Assembly: GCF_008831285.2 (NCBI RefSeq)
Contig: NC_045138.2
Span: forward strand, 13,206,001-13,270,000
Direction: 5' to 3'
Source of the DNA: Nymphaea colorata
Taxonomy: Eukaryota
Length of the DNA stretch: 64,000 nucleotides
The notes under the pieces were generated by a model, which worked only from the letters and a program-made list of their open reading frames with translations, had not been told where the DNA came from and made no database searches. This document shows positions 61,887-64,000 of the stretch, in pieces (within the stretch, counting starts at the first letter, position 1; the number at the start of each line of letters is the position of its first letter). A program made the translations under genes and the position numbers.

Positions 61887-63150
61887 CTTCACTCCCTCTG
61901 ACCCCTGCGGCTGCGACTCTCCCTCTCGCTCACGCACACATCATATCACTTGGGTCAGCCAGCGAGCAGCGGACACATCAGTCGCAAACAACGGACAAGC
62001 AGTCATTTTCCGGCGACCAGAGGATATGCTGCCTGACATTCCCCTCCACCATCAGCGATCAAGTTCCAGGCAGGTCTTGTTTTCTCCTTTCCCTCTCTAC
62101 CGATACACCGTAACACCTCGTCTCTGATTTTTCTACCAAAACTAATAGGATTCCGGTTGGATTTCCCAACCAATTGCACTATCGCCAACCTCTAATCTAC
62201 TGACGCAAACCATCAATGAGGGAAGAACCGTCCGATTTAGTCATTTTCCGCCCATTTTGGACGAATTTCCCCATTTCGCCGGAATTCGGCGATCCCAGCC
62301 GTTTTCTGGCAATGCCATCAATCTCCTCTTACTTCTCCCACCTCCTAGTTGTCCCCCAAAACCCAAACCTATCTGAGCATCGTAGTCTGTATCGATCATC
62401 GTTTTCTTAAGTCCCCAATCCCAAATTTAGGCTATACACCAACTGTTTGTTGTATTGAATCATCTAGCCAACTCGCCCCCTTTCTGCACCCCCCCCCCCT
62501 TTCTCTCTCGTTGCTGCTGTAGTCTTATCCCAGACCCTTCTTCGAAAGCCCTTAAGTCATTCGTCAGGGGGACTACACGTCCCAGCCCAGATCGATCTCC
62601 ATACGGTAGCTCAAGGCATGCCCTGCAACTGTTCTAGGAAAGGTCCATCGACCTGATTCAGGTGCATATCTAAAAATGAGAGTTTATGCATGTGAGAACA
62701 AAAGTGAGAGTCCTTCTTTGTTTATTTATACTAAAATTTGAAAGGAAGGGGGTTTTACCTCTTCTCGTTTCAGAATGCATCTGTTCCCCTTCAATAGCTA
62801 ATGACCAGAGAAATTGATTAAGTATATTTTCAACCCATATTGAACCAGAAGAAGAGAACATATAAAGGAAAGACACAAGTAGTCAATAGACGCTACAAAT
62901 AAGAAAACCACACAATGTGTAAGCTTCCCTCTCTCTTCTTTCCTCCTTCATATTGGTTTCTAAGTGCATCAAGTAAACCAGCAGGTTCTGGCTAATTTAC
63001 ATGGATATTTTTCTCTTCTTTGATGTCCTTTCCTGCAGATTAACATCATAGTGCCTGTCCGAGCAGAGATCAAGTAACATACATCAGTCACGTGCCTGTC
63101 CCTTTCCTATCAAAATCAAAGGGTAAGAGATACAGATAGAGAGGCACAGT

Positions 63151-63268
63151 ATGGCAGCGGCTGTGACCACAGGCAGCAGCCCTAATGAAGAACAAGGTGA
63201 TGGTGGCACGAATCCTCGTCCTCAGCTTTCTTGCACCAAATGCTTCGACGCTTTATGGTTTTGTTACT
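63151..63268 (+). CDS. First coding exon of a DUF3128 / Emi1-like small cysteine-motif protein (gene continues past the window)
   Basis: ATG 63151 gives MAAAVTTGSSPNEEQGDGGTNPRPQLSCTKCFDALWFCY, followed by a GTGAGT donor at 63269. LSCTKCFDALWFCYS is the N-terminal motif I recall for plant DUF3128 proteins. This exon is absent from the ORF track. Confidence 0.75.
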
Positions 63269-63887
63269 GTGAGTTCTCTTTTATTGTGTCTTTGTTATCT
63301 TATCACTTGTTGGATTTATTTAATTAGGAACATGAGCCTGCATAGGAAATTGGTAAAAAAGAAAAGAAAAGAAAAAACCTCTTCACAAATCCTGGAAAAG
63401 GTTCCGGAAGGGCTCGTTTCATCCCCTTCGTGAATGCTTGCTTCCAATTGACATGTCTGATGTAAGATTAGATTGGGGCATCATCCTTTTAGCAAAGTCA
63501 ATTGGGTATCTTGTGATCGTTGCAATTCTATGGAGGCTTCCAATCTAAACAATAAACATTATGTTGTCATTGGGAATAATTCCTCTCTATGCATATCTTG
63601 ATCATCTATGATCAGGAAGCAAACTTTTTGTTCACATAACCGTTTTAATTTTTACTTGGTATAATTTGTTGTTCTTGAACTAGTACATCCTGTACTGCTG
63701 ATGACAGTTAAGTAGCTCTGGCCTTTGTTTTCACATTTCTTGTAATGTTTAATATGTTATTCCAACATTTGGTTTTCAGACTTGCTGTCTGATGTGTTGT
63801 TATTTCAAAAAGGGAGAGCAGGAGAAGTTTTTCTCCTAAAATTTTTCTTGGTAAAGGATTTTCTGTTCAAATATTTCTCAGGAAAGC

Positions 63888-63975
63888 CAGGGGTTGTTCT
63901 TGCAGAGTTGGGCCTCAGCCGATAGATGGACAGCCATGGTTCGAGTCCTATGGACATCAACTTTCTGCATAAGCT
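63888..63975 (+). mobile_element. Possible degenerate tRNA-derived SINE
   Basis: Perfect Pol III B-box GGTTCGAGTCC at 63938-63948. The A-box is only weakly discernible and there is no tRNA cloverleaf. Confidence 0.3.
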
Positions 63976-64000
63976 TGAGCATATATTGGCCTGGGACAGA

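Noticed and set aside
63888..63975. tRNA gene
   Set aside because: A B-box is present but I could not fold an acceptor stem or cloverleaf; kept only as a weak SINE candidate.

Overview
This is flowering-plant nuclear DNA with intron-rich genes and many transposable elements; no prokaryotic features were seen. Three complete genes were rebuilt by hand from splice sites and reading frame: a 2-exon PXC1-like LRR receptor-like kinase (minus, 4275-6655), a 19-exon myotubularin (minus, 10176-43338, 833 aa) and a 20-exon RAD5A helicase/RING ligase (plus, 50244-59746, 1035 aa, one GC-AG intron). The first coding exon of a DUF3128/Emi1-like gene lies at the right edge, and a frameshifted PPR pseudogene lies at about 44.3-44.9 kb. 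The most striking structure is a three-layer nest in myotubularin intron 14: Copia A, then a hAT MITE inserted into it, then a related Copia B inserted 3 bp inside the MITE terminus. All three target-site duplications are readable, so the insertion order is resolved. Other notable items are a templated filler replacing the PPT of Copia A, telomere-like arrays in both Copia leaders, a non-autonomous CRM-like element carrying a second hAT MITE, a TRIM, and a 5'-truncated Copia fragment flanked by a 39-bp direct repeat. I found no convincing new protein-coding system; the novelty is in TE architecture and repair footprints. All coordinates were read by eye and family names come from recalled motifs, not database searches.
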